From Macrostomum lignano (lineage: Eukaryota): a stretch of 64,000 bases of DNA. The position numbers and the translations under genes are program-made. This document shows, piece after piece, positions 46,101 to 59,061 of the stretch. The stretch is taken from NCBI GenBank assembly GCA_002269645.1, contig NIVC01000892.1, positions 284,925 through 348,924 of the forward strand. Reading direction: 5' to 3'. The notes below the pieces were generated by a model. The model ran no database searches. It was given only the letters and a program-made list of their open reading frames with translations, and had not been told where the DNA came from. The stretch's first letter is position 1, and every line of letters starts with the position of its first letter.

Positions 46101-49100
46101 TAAGAATCTGCAGAGCAATTCGATCTGGCAGCTCACAGAATTGAGCTGACGCACTGAGTGCAGCAATTTGATCGATTCTGCACTCCCAGCATATCGATTT
46201 ATCATCGACTTGGAGCAGAGGATTCGATGCTGCGAGGGAAGGAACTTGGGATCTGAGGGAAATGCGCGCTCGTGTATATAAGGCTTAAAATAACAAGTTT
46301 CCCCAACTCCAAGGAAAAAGTAGGAGGTACCAAATTAAGAGCCGGGGAAGAAGTGTAGCAGAGTTGGTTCGCTTTATTCTATCTAGTGCTTAAATATCAC
46401 TCTTGCCTTAAACCCAAATCCCATGCACTCAAGCGCGCGATGCTCCCCGACTCGAAAACTGCCTCCCCGCAACTGCTGTAGCTCCGCTCTTACCCAAAAA
46501 AATGCGCGACCCCTTTCCCCTCTGGCTAGGAGATAAGGGGCGGGGAGAGAGGAGAGCGCGTGTCCAGTGCTGATCCTCTTAGCAGGGAGAAGCGGTGAGC
46601 TGTGGCGATGAGTGAATATGCCAGCTTAAGCCCCCATGGGTTGGTTTGTAATCTTTTCTATCGTATACACCGGGTAGTGTCTTTGCTGCATCAGTTGAAA
46701 ACCCGCATAGTATGCGGTAGCTATTAAACATTAATTATATAGTTTGAGCATAGTTGAGATCAGTGCGCGGAAATGAACTCGAATACCTGTCAGTAACTGG
46801 AGTTTGATTGGACCATGCAGTTACTTCGGGCACAATGCCAAGCAATTTGCCAGTAAAAATACCAAATCAGTTTGAAACTAAAACAGCAGAGCGTTCTCAC
46901 TTCAATTGGAGTCTTCATGCACATTTCCAACCAAAACTTTCACGCTTCAATTGGAGTTTTCACATTTCCAACCAAAATTTTCACACTTCAATTGGAGTCT
47001 TCACATTTCCAACCAAAATTTTCACGCTTCAATTGGAGTCTTCACATTTCCAACCAAAATTTTCACGCTTCAATTGGAGTCTTCACATTTCCAACCAAAA
47101 TTTTCACGCTTCAATTGGAGTCTTCACATTTCCAACCAAAATTTTCACGCTTCAATTGGAGTCTTCACATTTCCAACCAAAATTTTCACGCTTCAATTGG
47201 AGTCTTCACATTTCCAACCAAAATTTTCACGCTTCAATTGGAGTCTTCACATTTCCAACCAAAATTTTCACGCTTCAATTGGAGTCTTCACATTTCAAAC
47301 CAAAATTTTCACGCTTCAATTGGAGTCTTCACATTTCCAACCAAAATTTTCACGCTTCAATTGGAGTCTTCACATTTCCAACCAAAATTTTCACACTTCA
47401 ATTGGAGTCTTCACATTTCCAAGCAGAGCTTTCAGACTTTAAACATGTCATTCACACTTTTAACAGTGTGAATTTAACAGGCTTTGTTTAAATGGTTATA
47501 AGAATCTCAGCAAGAGTTCCCCCACATTTTTACCAGAGGTGACAGCCAAGAGGAACATCGAGACCTACAAATGCTGCCCAGAGCCGTACCTGGACCTCAC
47601 CTTCTACCTGATCATTCGTAGAAAGACTTTATTCTACGGCATTAATTTGATTTGTCCGTGTTTAGCAATCAGCTTTCTCACCATCCTGGTGTTCTACCTG
47701 CCCGGCGAGTCTGGAGAAAAAATGTCCCTGTCAATCAACATCCTGCTCTCTCTGACGGTGTTCTTTCTGCTCATCTTCGACATCTGCCCGCCAACCTCGC
47801 TAGTTGTGCCGCTCATACTCAAGTACCTGCTATTCACTATGATCCTGGTCACTCTGTCCGTCATGGCTACGGTTGTTGTGCTTAATGTGCACTGGCGCTC
47901 GCCAGACACCTACGTGATGTCGCCCTGGGTTCGCCAGGTGTTCATGCGCACCCTGCCCAAGCTGCTGCTGATGAAGAAGCCGGAGACTGAGCGACGGAAA
48001 GAAGAGGTAAGTCTTTAGTTTTAATTTTAAGTTTCATCTGCACTTATCAGGTCGGGGCGTGTTGCCAGGGGGCACCATGGTGGAGGGCACCGAGGCGACA
48101 GCACCATTTCTCATACACGCGCTCACACAGGATGTGCAGCGACCCCGACTTTGTACTCGTAATCGTGCAGTAATGTATACAGTTCTCTGTGCCCTGTGGG
48201 TTGGCCCTCATGAATTTGTGCCATAGATGAAGCTTGAATTTTTACACGATTCTGAACTGCCAGAATCAAACGCCAAAACGACTACTCATAAGTAGTGCTA
48301 ATTGAATCGCATTAAACATTGACAGGTGATCCCTAACTTCGGCGGAGACGACAGCGAGCGTTTATTCAACTTTGCGGCGCCCGGTGAGGCCGGAATTTCG
48401 TCGGCAGACGCCGAGGACGAAGAGGCTGGACAGGAGGTGATGCGGCAGCGCCTGCGCAGCCGACGGACGGCCATGACCGGCTCCTCGGGGGTCATCAACG
48501 AGATCGAGCTGGCGCTGGAGGGGGTCAGGAATATTGCCGGGCACATGAAACGGGAAGACGAGAGGAACACGGTGAGGAATCCAGAGTTGGGCAGCCTAGG
48601 AATCTCGGTGCAGGAGCTTGTAAGAAATTTAGGGAAAGGAGTTTCCAAGAAATCAGAGACAGAAGTATGTAAGAAATCCAGGGCAGGGCTAGCCTGAGAA
48701 TTCAGGGCAGAAGTTTCCAAGAAATTTAGGGAAGTTTTTAAGAAATCCAGGGCTGGGCCATCCTAGAAATTCATGAAAAAGATTTTCTAAAAAATCAAAG
48801 AGCAGAAGTTTCTGAGAAATTCAGGACAAGAGTTTCTAAGGAATCCAGGACAAGAGTTTCTAAGAAATCTAGGACAGGAGTTTCTAAGAAATCTAGGACA
48901 GGAGTTTATGAGAAATCTAGACGATAAATTTCTAAGAAATGTAGGAAAAAAGTTTCTAAGAAATCCAGGATAGGAGTTTCTAAGAAATCGAGGACAATAG
49001 TTTCTGAGAAATTCAGGACAGGAGTTTCTAAGAAATCTAGGACAGGAGTTTGTAAGAAATCTAGAAGACTTTCTAAGAAGTCTAAGAAAAGATTTTCCTA

Positions 49101-49737
49101 GAAATCCAGGACAGGAGTTTTTAAAGAATTTAGGAAGGAGTTTCTAAGAAATCTAAGAAAGGAGTTTCTAAGAAATCCAGGACAAGAGTTTCTAAGACAT
49201 CCAGGACAGGAGTTTCTAAGAAATCCAGTACAAGAGTTTCTAAGACATCCAGGACAAGAGTTTCTAAGAAATCCAGGACAGGAGTTTCTAAGAAATCCAG
49301 GGAAAAAGCTCTAAAGGAAAAAGTCCTGCACTTAAGTATTTCAGAACAAGAGTGTCTAAGAAATTCAGGACAGGAGTTTCTAAGAAATGCAGGACAGGAG
49401 TTTCTAAGAAATCCAGGACAAGAGTTTCTAAGAAATCCAGGCTAACACAGACGCGCTAACTTTCAGATCCGAGACGATTGGAAATACGTGGCCGTAGTGC
49501 TTGACCGACTGTTCATGTGGCTGTTCAGCTGCGCCGCCATCATAGGTACGCAGCTGTTTTCAATTTAATTAATCGTTATTTATTGTACCTGCAGCTAATC
49601 GATAAACCAATTCATCACTATTATCAGGTGCGCTAGGAATATTTATGCAGGCGCCCAGCCTGCGAGACAACAAGGAGCGGATGACGCACCTGAACACGCA
49701 GAACAAAATGCCTACCATCAAGCGAGACTGCAACTAA
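37115..49737 (+). CDS. Nicotinic acetylcholine receptor alpha subunit (cation-selective type), 8 exons, 533 aa
   Basis: Exons 37115-37190, 41692-41837, 42849-43003, 44191-44510, 47537-48006, 48326-48571, 49467-49545, 49628-49737 (1602 nt, all GT-AG, in frame). Signal peptide, WTPDLVLYN, Cys-loop [15 protein letters not shown], loop B WTHNG, loop C YKCCPEPY with vicinal Cys, M2 [18 protein letters not shown]4 [16 protein letters not shown]. Confidence 0.96.
37268..37650. repeat. 31-bp minisatellite (gagcggtttattttgaattagggtagtttat)n, nAChR intron 1
   Basis: Visible tandem array. Confidence 0.95.
37970..41222. repeat. 3.2-kb purine-rich (G/A/T) satellite with higher-order repeats, nAChR intron 1
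   Basis: Built from ggggagaggtagagagagaaagggagagagat-like units; the marker gaggtaaaaagagag recurs near 38070, 38905, 39740 and 40280. Confidence 0.97.
41965..42365. repeat. 11-bp-based 33-bp minisatellite (gttgctatgca gttgctatgtt gttgctttaca)n, nAChR intron 2
   Basis: Visible tandem array. Confidence 0.95.
43017..44168. repeat. 35-bp minisatellite (gcagacaccccaactgataagcctgcacacctgag)n filling nAChR intron 3
   Basis: Array runs from ~13 nt after the donor to ~22 nt before the acceptor. Confidence 0.97.
44930..45920. repeat. 21-bp minisatellite (agattcagaaatctgcagggt)n, nAChR intron 4
   Basis: Visible; source of the 366-aa EICRVDS ORF. Confidence 0.97.
46900..47420. repeat. 41-bp minisatellite (ttcaattggagtcttcacatttccaaccaaaattttcacgc)n, nAChR intron 4
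   Basis: Visible tandem array. Confidence 0.97.
48620..49440. repeat. Degenerate ~24-bp minisatellite (tttctaagaaatccaggacaggag)n, nAChR intron 6
   Basis: Visible, diverged units. Confidence 0.92.
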
Positions 49738-50074
49738 GAATTCACAACAAATATTTACTATTTACATTGAAATTGACGGCGTAACTTATGTTATGATCAT
49801 CATCTACATGCTCTTATGTTATGATTGCGTTATTTACGAGCATTGACAAATTATGAACTAGTTTAGTTCCACTTTACAGACTTTTCTTAAATACAGCGCT
49901 GCGCCAGAGGCGTGAAACAATAAACTTTTGAACATTCTTTTAGTTCAGAGCCAAATGCAGGATGAGCAAGTTGCACTATTCCTGAATAGCAAAGAATTCA
50001 GGATGATCATCTGACAGGCGACACCCTTAATAAATGATGCTTAACTCGGTGAAAGTGTTACTTTTTTAATGACG

Positions 50075-50830
50075 CTGAATTCAGGATAAGCGTCAACTTA
50101 AGGAAAGGCGAGAACTTCACAATAAGCGCCTGATTTAGGATACATGAACGAGCGTAAGCGCCAACTTCAAGATTAAACACCCGATTTAATACTCGTACAG
50201 GCGCCAACTTCAGGATAAACACCCGATTTAATACTCGTACAGGCGCCAACTTCAGGATAAACACCCGATTTAATACTCGTACAGGCGCCAACTTCAGGAT
50301 AAGCGTCAACTCAAGAAGAACGCCACTTCAGGATAAGCGCCAACTTCAAGATAAGCGCCAACTTCAGGATAAGCGCCAACTTCAGGATAAGCACACACTT
50401 CAGGATAAGCACACACTTCAGGATAAGTGCCAACTTCAAAAAGAACGCCAACTTCAGGATAAGCGCCAAGTATATGATAAGCACACACTTCAGGATAAGC
50501 GCCAACTTCAGGAAGAAAGCCAACTTTAGGATAAGCGCCAAGTTTAGGATAAGCACACACTTCAGGATAAGCGCCAAGTTCAGGGTAGGGGTCAACCTCA
50601 GGTAAGCGCTAACTTCAAAAAAAGCGCTTGATTAGGTAAGTGCCAACTTCAGGATAAGCGCTTGATTTAGGATAAGCGCCAACTACAGAATAAGCGCTTG
50701 ATTTAGGATAAGCAGCAACTTTAGGATAGGCGTCAACCTTAGGATAAGCGTCAACTTCAGGATAAAGCGCACACTCTAGGGTAAGTCACACTTCAGAATA
50801 AAAGCAAACTTTACGATAAGCGCCAAATTC
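50075..50830. repeat. Degenerate 18-bp array (caacttcaggataagcgc)n with three 42-bp units
   Basis: Visible, intergenic between the convergent nAChR and THNSL2 genes. Confidence 0.9.
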
Positions 50831-51594
50831 AGGTTGAAAGACAACTACGAGCGTGTACGAGTATATGTGGACAAATTTATGGAATAGGTAGAAAGTTTGT
50901 TAAATTTCACTTAATTAATAAAACTGTATTCTTTAAATAACAAAAATCTTAAACAAAAAGCTCATAATCTTTTTAATCAAATTAAAATTTAAAATTGAAA
51001 AAAGCAATGAATCTTTGATAGTTGACAAATGATTTATATATACTCTACTATTGCACAGAACAATCGATAATAAATGTTTGATTTTAACAGCATATTATAC
51101 TATTTTAAAAACTGGCAATATTAATAAATAATTCAAATGAAAGCAAGGAGCAATAAAAACTAATAATTAACAGACAATACTAAAGCAAGATATATTCGAT
51201 AAAATCATTGATTTAAGGGCAGGTTCTGATCGCATTATATAAGCTACTTAAAGTAGATAATTGCTCATTTACAAGCCAATTATGATAGGCCAATTTTGTA
51301 GGTATGCAAAAAGACTTTCGCAAAATTATTTAGCTGGCTAAAGCACAGCTTGGGTAAAAATTAAAATTCAAATATATTTTAATTTTTGGTCAATAAAAAC
51401 CCGAAGTTATACTTTTCAGTGCCGTAACAAATAGAAAAATCAATAAGATAGTTATTCATTTACGAGTAAAAATCTATAATTTGATGGCTAGGGAAAATCG
51501 AACTGTAAATATTGCGGTAAAAATTCGGATTCTATTCTAAGAACTTTTCTTCAAGACATGGCTGGGGTTGATTTTATCATTGAATAACTGAATA

Positions 51595-52075
51595 GCTAAA
51601 TAACTTGCTAACTAGCTAGCTAACTAACTAACTAACAGGCTAACTAACTAAAAAACTAGCTAACTAACTAACTAACAGGCTAACTAACCAAAAAACTAGC
51701 TAACTAACTAACTAACAGGCTAACTAACTAACAAAGTAGCTAACAGGCTAACTAACTAACTAACTAACTAACAGGCTAACTAACTAACTAACTAACTAAC
51801 AGGCTAACTAACTAACAAACTAGCTAACTAACTAACTAACTGACTAACTAACTAACTAACAGGCTAACTAACTAACAAAGTAGCTAACAGGCTAACTAAC
51901 TAACTAACTAACTAACAGGCTAACTAACTAACTAACTAACTAACAGGCTAACTAACTAACAAACTAGCTAACTAACTAACTAACAGGCTAACTAACTAAC
52001 TAACAGGCTAACTAACTAACTAACTAACACTAGCCTAACTAAATAACTAACCTAGATAGCTAACTAGCTAACTAT
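51595..52075. repeat. (CTAA)n microsatellite interrupted by acagg
   Basis: Visible. Confidence 0.96.
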
Positions 52076-52193
52076 GAGTAACTGATTGGCGGATCTGTTA
52101 CTTTTCCTAGAAAGGTTCAGCATATCCAATTCAAGGTAAAAAACAATTTAGGCGTGCCAGTCCGTTTTGGCTGCACTTTTTTGTTTTCCTTTT

Positions 52194-55100
52194 CTAAGCG
52201 CTAAGCGACTGGGCCAGCAGGTGGTCAATCAGGCCATGAAGCTTGGCCACGCAGTCGTCAATGCTATCGCTTTCCCAGCTGAGGCACCGCTCTGGCAGGC
52301 GGCTCAGCCTCTCCAGCGCTTCCGCCGCCGGTTCAGCCGGCGCTGTGGGCAGGCCGCGCGCCCGGTACAAATCGGCAAACTTAGCCGGATGCGCCGTGGC
52401 GAAAACTACGCGCGGCGGCGCCAAATTAGCGCCAGAATTGGCGCCGGTGCTATCAGCGACTTTATCGGCATCGGTGCTAGAAGGTTCCAGCGCCGGCAAT
52501 AGAGCGCAGGCAGTGTGCGGACAGGCCAGGTAGCCTAGCTCAGAGTGCGCCTTGACAACCGTTGCCTGGCAATCCGCGTCCGTAGCAACGAACGAGCTGA
52601 CGCCTAAGTTGGCCAGCTGAAAATGCAGTTAAAGTTAAATTGAAGCTTTTTTTAAGCTTGAAACTTTTTAACAGTTGTGCAATTGATTGAAGCTACGGTT
52701 AATTTGACATTAGAATGGGCAGCATCGACAGGCACAGACTCTAGCTCTCACCTTGGCCCGCTCCTGTTCGGTCAGCTCAACTGGCTGCTTCGAATCGAAT
52801 CGGCGGGACAGCTCGGCGGCCCGGCTGCGGCTGCCGGCCAGCAGGCTGAGCAACCGGGGGATGTTGTAGGGATTCTGGGCGGCGGGGAGTGTGATTGATG
52901 GGTTCTGTTAGGCATTAATGTATTCATAGAATCAGCTTATTAAATTGAGGATCTGGGAGGCTGGCCCAGCAACTGAGGATCTGGGAGGCTGGCCCAGCAG
53001 CTGACACTCTGGGAGGCTGGCTCAGCAACTGAGGATGTGGGAGGCTGGCCCAGCAACTGAGGATCTGGGAGGCTGGCCCGACAACTCAGGATCTGGGAGG
53101 GTGGGCCAGCAGCAGAGCGTTAAACTTACAGCAATGTCCATAGCAACAGATGTGGTGCACACAGACGGCCTGGGCAGGAAGCGGCCCTCGGAGATAAGCT
53201 GGTGCGCAGCGGCGTTCTGATTATTGGCAGCGCAGGTAGCAATAGGCAGGCCCATTGCTCGAGCCAAACAGGCCGCCGTTAAATTGCCGCAGCCTCCGGT
53301 TGGCACAAAGAATTGCACCTGTTGACCAATGCACCGGGTGGCCTGGATAGGAGGGGTTGGGCAGAGAGTGAAGGATGTGGCGAGATCAAGCTGCAGAGGA
53401 GGGTCTGTGGTGAGAAGGGTGGGTGCATGGATGATGAAGCTGGGAGAGGGTGGGTGAATGGATGATAAAGCTGAGAAAGGGTGGTGAATGGGTGATGAAG
53501 CTGAGCAAGGGTGAGTGAATGGATGATAAAGCTGAGCAAGGGTGGGTGAATGGATGATGAAGCTGAGCAAGGGTGGGTGAATGGATGATGAAGCTGAGCA
53601 AGGGTGGGTGAATGGATGATAAAGCTGAGCAAGGGTGGGTGAATGGATGATGAAGCTGAGCAAGGGTGAGTGAATGGATGATGAAGCTGAGCAAGGGTGG
53701 GTGAATGGATGATGAAGCTGAGCAAGGGTGGGTGAATGGGTGATGAAGCTGAGCAAGGGTGGGTGAATGGATGATAAAGCTGAGCAAGGGTGAGTGAATG
53801 GATGATGAAGCTGAGCAAGGGTGGGTGAATGGATGATGAAGCTGAGCAAGGGTGAGTGAATGGATGATGAAGCTGAGCAAGGGTGGGTGAATGGATGATG
53901 AAGCTGAGCAAGGGTGGTGAATGGATGATGAAGCTGAGCAAGGGTGGTGAATGGATGATGAAGCTGAGCAAGGGTGGGTGAAGGGAGCTCACACTAAAGT
54001 AGGCATAGAAGTAGGCGGGTATTTGGAAGAGCACCCGGCCCCAGTTGGCGGAATTCTGGGTGCACAGCAGCGTCCCATCGCACTGATCTCCGTCCGCAGT
54101 CCGCCGCTGTCTCTGCAGCGTGGCCGTCCGAATCACGTCGTCAAGCTGGTCGGAGTCCATAGTAACCGAGGCGACTCGGACGCGGTCGCATTGGCTAGTT
54201 GTCATGGCAACGCGTTGATAAGCGGACACGCGGCCCACCGGCAGCAGGACGACCAGGCCGAGCCGGCTGGAGCTGCCCAGCGACTCCACCGCGCGGATGG
54301 CGGAGCCGCCCGTGTCACCGGATGTGGCTGGCGGCGACGGGAGGGGGGTGGTAGTCGCTTTTATCATCAACAGAATATTCATCATTTATTATCAGCGGCG
54401 ATATTAATAATTATCATATTCGCTACTCGACATTTACAATTAATATATTATACTTTTAGTTAGGCTTAGCTTATAATTAATATATAATGTCAATCGAAGA
54501 GAACTGCTAGTAAGCTCGAAAAGAATACGAAAACATTAAAACTACAATTTCACAGCTTTGCAACTTCCTTTATAATCTTCAATCCTTCTGTTAAAAAAAG
54601 CAAAATTTCCGTTCATAACCTCTAATCCTTCTATTCATAGTCTCTAATCCTTCTATTCATAATCTCTAATCCTTCTATTGATAATCTCTAATCCTTCTAT
54701 TCATAATCTCTAATCATTTTATTCATAATCTCTAATCCTTTTATTCATAATCTCTAATCCTTCTATTCATAATCTCTAATCCTTCTATTCATAATCTCTA
54801 ATCCTCCTATTCATAATCTCTAATCCTTCTTTTCATAATCTCTAATCCTTTTATTCATAATCTCTAATCCTTTTATTCATAATCTCTAATCCTTCTATTC
54901 ATAATCTCTAATCCTTCTATTCATAATCTCTAATCCTTCTATTCATAATCTCTAATCCTTCTATTCATAGTCTCTAATCCTTCTATTCATAGTCTCTAAT
55001 CCTTCTATTCATAATCTCTAATCCTTCTATTCATAATCTCTAATCCTTCTATTCATAATCTCTAATCCTTCTATTCATAATCTCTAATCCTTCTATTCAT

Positions 55101-57052
55101 AATCTCTAATCCTTCTTTTCATAATCTCTAATCCTTCTATTCATAATCTCTAATCCTTGTATTCATAATCTCTAATCCTTTTATTCATAATCTCTAATCC
55201 TTCTATTCATAATCTCTAATCCTTCTATTCATAGTCTCTAATCCTTCTATTCATAATCTCTAATCCTTCTATTCATAATCTCTAATCCTTGTATTCATAA
55301 TCTCTAATCCTTCTATTCATAATCTCTAATCCTTCTATTCATAATCTCTAATCCTTCTATTCATAATCTCTAATCCTTCTATTCATAATCTCTAATCCTT
55401 CTATTCATAATCTCTAATCCTTCTATTCATAATCTCTAATCCTTCTATTCATAATCTCTAATCCTTCTATTCATTATCTCTAATCCTTCTATTCATAATC
55501 TCTAATCCTTCTATTCATAATCTCTAATCCTTCTATTCATAATCTCCTGTCCTTCCGTTCATAATCCCTAACCCTTCCGTTCATAATCTCCAACACGGCA
55601 ACACCCACAGGGCCGCCATCAGAAAAGCAGCAGACCTCCTCACCAACAAGGGAGACACATTTAGCCTGGCGCTTCTTCAGAAAATGGTTCATCAACGCAG
55701 TGGTGAAGCACATGGCGTAGTCTTTGAAGCACAGGGTAGGAGCGTGGAACATTTCTAGCACGGAGACGCTATCAGCCAGCTGGTGAATTCGAGGCGATTG
55801 AAGATTTAAGTCCAGCGTTTTGTAAGCCTCGGTGAGCACAACTGCGAAATTTTGGCAATTATGGAATTAGAATTAATCGATTATTTAAAGCGATATGCGA
55901 ATTGCGAAAAGTTTGGCTTTTGTTGTTTCAGGTTAGAAACGGATTGGGGATTATGGAGATATGAAGAATGAGGATATGAAGATTGGGGATATGAATATTA
56001 GAGGATATGAAGATTAGGGATATGAAGATTGGGGATATGAAGAATGGGGATATGAAGATTAGGGGATATGAAGATTAGGGATATGAAGATTGGGGATATG
56101 AAGATTAGGGGATATGAAGATTAGGGATATGAAGATTGGGGATATGAAGATTAGGGGATATAAAGATTGTGGATATGAAGAATGAGGATATGAAGATTGG
56201 GGATATGAAGATTGTGGATATGAAGAATGAGGATATGAAGATTGGGGATATAAAGATTGTGGATATGAAGAATGAGGATATGAAGATTGGGGATATGAAG
56301 ATTGTGGATATGAAGAATGAGGACATGAAGATTGGGGATATGAAGATTGGGGGATATGAAGATTGGGGATAAGAAGATTGGGGATATGAAGATTGTGGAT
56401 ATGAAGAATGAGGATATGAAGATTGGGGGATATGAAGATTGGGGATAAGAAGATTGGGGATATGAAGAATGAGGATAAGAATGATTTGGGGATGTGGACT
56501 GTAGGATATGAAGACTGGGGGACATGAAGATAAAGGGATATTAAGACTGGGGGATATGAAGATTAAGGGATATGAAGACTGGGGGACATGAAGATAAAGG
56601 GATATGAAGACTGGGGGACATGAAGATAAAGGGATATTAAGACTGGGGGATATGAAGATTAAGGGATATGAAGACTGGGGGACATGAAGAATAAGGGATA
56701 TGAAGACTGGGGGATATGAAGATTAAGGGATATGAAGACTGGGGGACATGATGATTAGGGATATGAATACTGGGGGACATCAGGATTAAGGGATATGAAG
56801 AAAGGCTACAAAAGTGAACAATGACCAACCTGACAGCTCGTCAGTGGCAATCTCAGCCGGATCAATAAAGTAGCGAGCAATTCTAATGCACAATTTCAAA
56901 TAGCTCAGCCGAGCCAGAGTTTCCAGTTCGAGTTTCTTTAGCTGCGGCACAGACTCGGGCATGAGAAGGCCGCCATCGGACGCGTACAGAGTGAACAGAG
57001 CCTGCTCAAAGGTCAGACCGCTGACCTCTCCGCCTGTGCTCTCGTATCGCAT
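52194..57052 (-). CDS. THNSL2: Threonine synthase-like 2 (PLP-dependent), 6 exons, 520 aa
   Basis: Exons 57052-56830, 55841-55644, 54327-53993, 53390-53130, 52874-52752, 52616-52194 (1563 nt, in frame). MRYESTGG..YASDGGLLMP, FHAPTLCFKDYA (PLP Lys), ATSGDTGGSA, QNSANWGRV, VPTGGCGNL, AMDIANPYN, CPHTA, ATAHPAKF. Confidence 0.93.
52945..53110. repeat. 28-bp array (ctgaggatctgggaggctggcccagcaa)n, THNSL2 intron 4
   Basis: About 5-6 units. Confidence 0.9.
53405..53980. repeat. 31-bp minisatellite (gaatggatgatgaagctgagcaagggtgggt)n filling THNSL2 intron 3
   Basis: Visible tandem array. Confidence 0.97.
54612..55580. repeat. 22-bp minisatellite (taatctctaatccttctattca)n, THNSL2 intron 2
   Basis: Visible; both ends carry a ttccgttcataa variant. 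Confidence 0.97.
55945..56795. repeat. 14-16-bp degenerate minisatellite (gatatgaagattggg)n filling THNSL2 intron 1
   Basis: Visible. Confidence 0.95.
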
Positions 57053-57259
57053 CGTAGATGCCGCTCTGTGCGAGTGACTTGACTCTTTATTGAATTTCTT
57101 TAGCCAACTGAATGCTATTCAAGCTGCATAAGTTTGGGGCTTATGCAGAAGTGGCAAGCGGAGATGTAGTTAGCAAAAATAGATTTATGCCATGATAAAG
57201 ACCGCCTTTTCTCAACAGGAGTCCAATCAGGGGTACATATAAAATGGTCTGGATCAGCG

Positions 57260-58320
57260 ATAGGAGGGTGGAGATCAGGGATGGGAAGGTCGAGATCAGG
57301 GATGGGAGGATCTAGATCAGGGATGGGAGGATCTAGATCAGGGATGGGAGGATCTAGATCAGGGATGAGAGGATCTAGATCAGGGATGGGAGGATCTAGA
57401 TCAGGGATGGGAGGGTCTGGATCCGGGATAGGATAGGATGGTCTAGATCAGGGATAGAAGGGTCTAGATCGGGGATAGAAGGGTCTAGATCAGGGATAGA
57501 AGGGTCTAGATCAGGGATGGGAGGGTCTAGATCAGGGATAGGAGAGCCTAGATCAGGGATGGAAGGATCTAGATCAGGGATAGGAGGGTTTAGATCAGGG
57601 ATAGAAGGGTCTAGATCGGGGATAGAAGGGTCTAGATCAGGGATAGAAGGGTCTAGATCAGGGATGGGAGGGTCTATATCAGGGATGGAAGGGTCTAGAT
57701 CGGGGATAGAAGGGTCTAGATCAGGGATAGAAGGGTCTACTAGATCAGGGATGGGAGGGTCTAGATCAGGGATAGGAGAGCCTAGATCAGGGATGGAAGG
57801 ATCTAGATCAGGGATAGGAGGGTTTAGATCAGGGATAAGATAGGATGGTCTAGATCAGGGATGGGAGGGTCTAGATCAGGGATAGGAGAGCCTAGATCAG
57901 GGATGGAAGGATCTAGATCAGGGATAGGAGGGTTTAGATCAGGGATAAGATAGGACGGTCTAGATCAGGGATAGAAGAGTCCAGATCAGGGATGGAGGGT
58001 CTAGATCAGGGATAGGAGGGCCTAGATCAGGGATGGGAGGATCTAGATCAGGGATAGGAGGGCCTAGATCAGGGATGGGAGGGTCTAGATCAGGGATAGG
58101 AGGGCCTAGATCAGGGATGGAAGGATCTAGATCAGGGATAGGAGGGCCTAGATCAGGGATGGAAGGATCTAGATCAGGGATAGGAGGGCCTAGATCAGGG
58201 ATGGAAGGATCTAGATCAGGGATAGGAGGGCCTAGATCAGGGATGGAAGGATCTAGATCAGGGATAGGAGGGCCTAGATCAGGGATGGAAGGATCTAGAT
58301 CAGGGATCGGAGGGTTTAAG
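57260..58320. repeat. 21-bp minisatellite (agggtctagatcagggatagg)n between SMN and THNSL2
   Basis: Visible; source of the GSRSGIE/PIPDLDP ORFs. Confidence 0.96.
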
Positions 58321-58654
58321 TCACTGATGAGAGGGTCTACATCAGGGGTCAAGCTGAAGAATGAGAGTGCCTAAGAATATAGATTAAGTAAAACTGTTAT
58401 TGGCGAAAATAGTCAAAGTTAATCACAATATCTTTACGTTATTGAAACACCCAGTGGGCATAAGATTGATACACAACAAAAATGCAGCGAATAAATCAGG
58501 CTGTTATGTTTTTTACTAGTATAGCAACAAACACGGGTAGCAACCAAGCGAAAAAATTGACAATTTTAGAACACATGCATCAATAATAGAGGCAGCGATG
58601 ACAGCGGCAAGGTACCAGTTGTACAAGATGTAATTCTTGGAAACAGCAGCTTGT

Positions 58655-58910
58655 GACGGCCTGAGTGGAGAGTGACAGCCTGAGGCTGAGGGTCAGACAA
58701 GTGACGGCCTGAGGCTGAGGGTCAGAGAAGTGACGGCCTGAGGCTGAGGGTCAGAGAAGTGACGGCCTGAGGCTGAGAGTCAGAGAAGTGACGGCCTGAG
58801 GCTGAGGGTCAGAGAAGTGACGGTCTGAGGCTGAGAATCAGAGAAGTCACGGCCTGAGGCTGAGGGTCAGAGAAGTGACGGTCTGAGGGCCAGAGAGTGA
58901 CAGCCTCAAG
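58655..58910. repeat. 29-bp array (gtgacggcctgaggctgagggtcagagaa)n
   Basis: About 8 units. Confidence 0.93.
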
Positions 58911-59061
58911 CAGAGGGTCTGAATAGACAGACTAAGGACTGATTTAGGCCTAAGTTTGGCAGTCAAATAAAGCGCGACGGCTTCATCAAGACTTTATAAT
59001 TTAAGGCCATATGCTGCATATGCACGAGTGTAGTACTTAGCTACATAATTCTAAGACATAA

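Noticed and set aside
58520-58652. Possible third SMN exon (AAVSKNYILYNWYLAAV...) via a donor at 59082
   Set aside because: Frame-compatible, but the acceptor has no pyrimidine tract and SMN already ends naturally after the YG box at 59062; needs RNA evidence.
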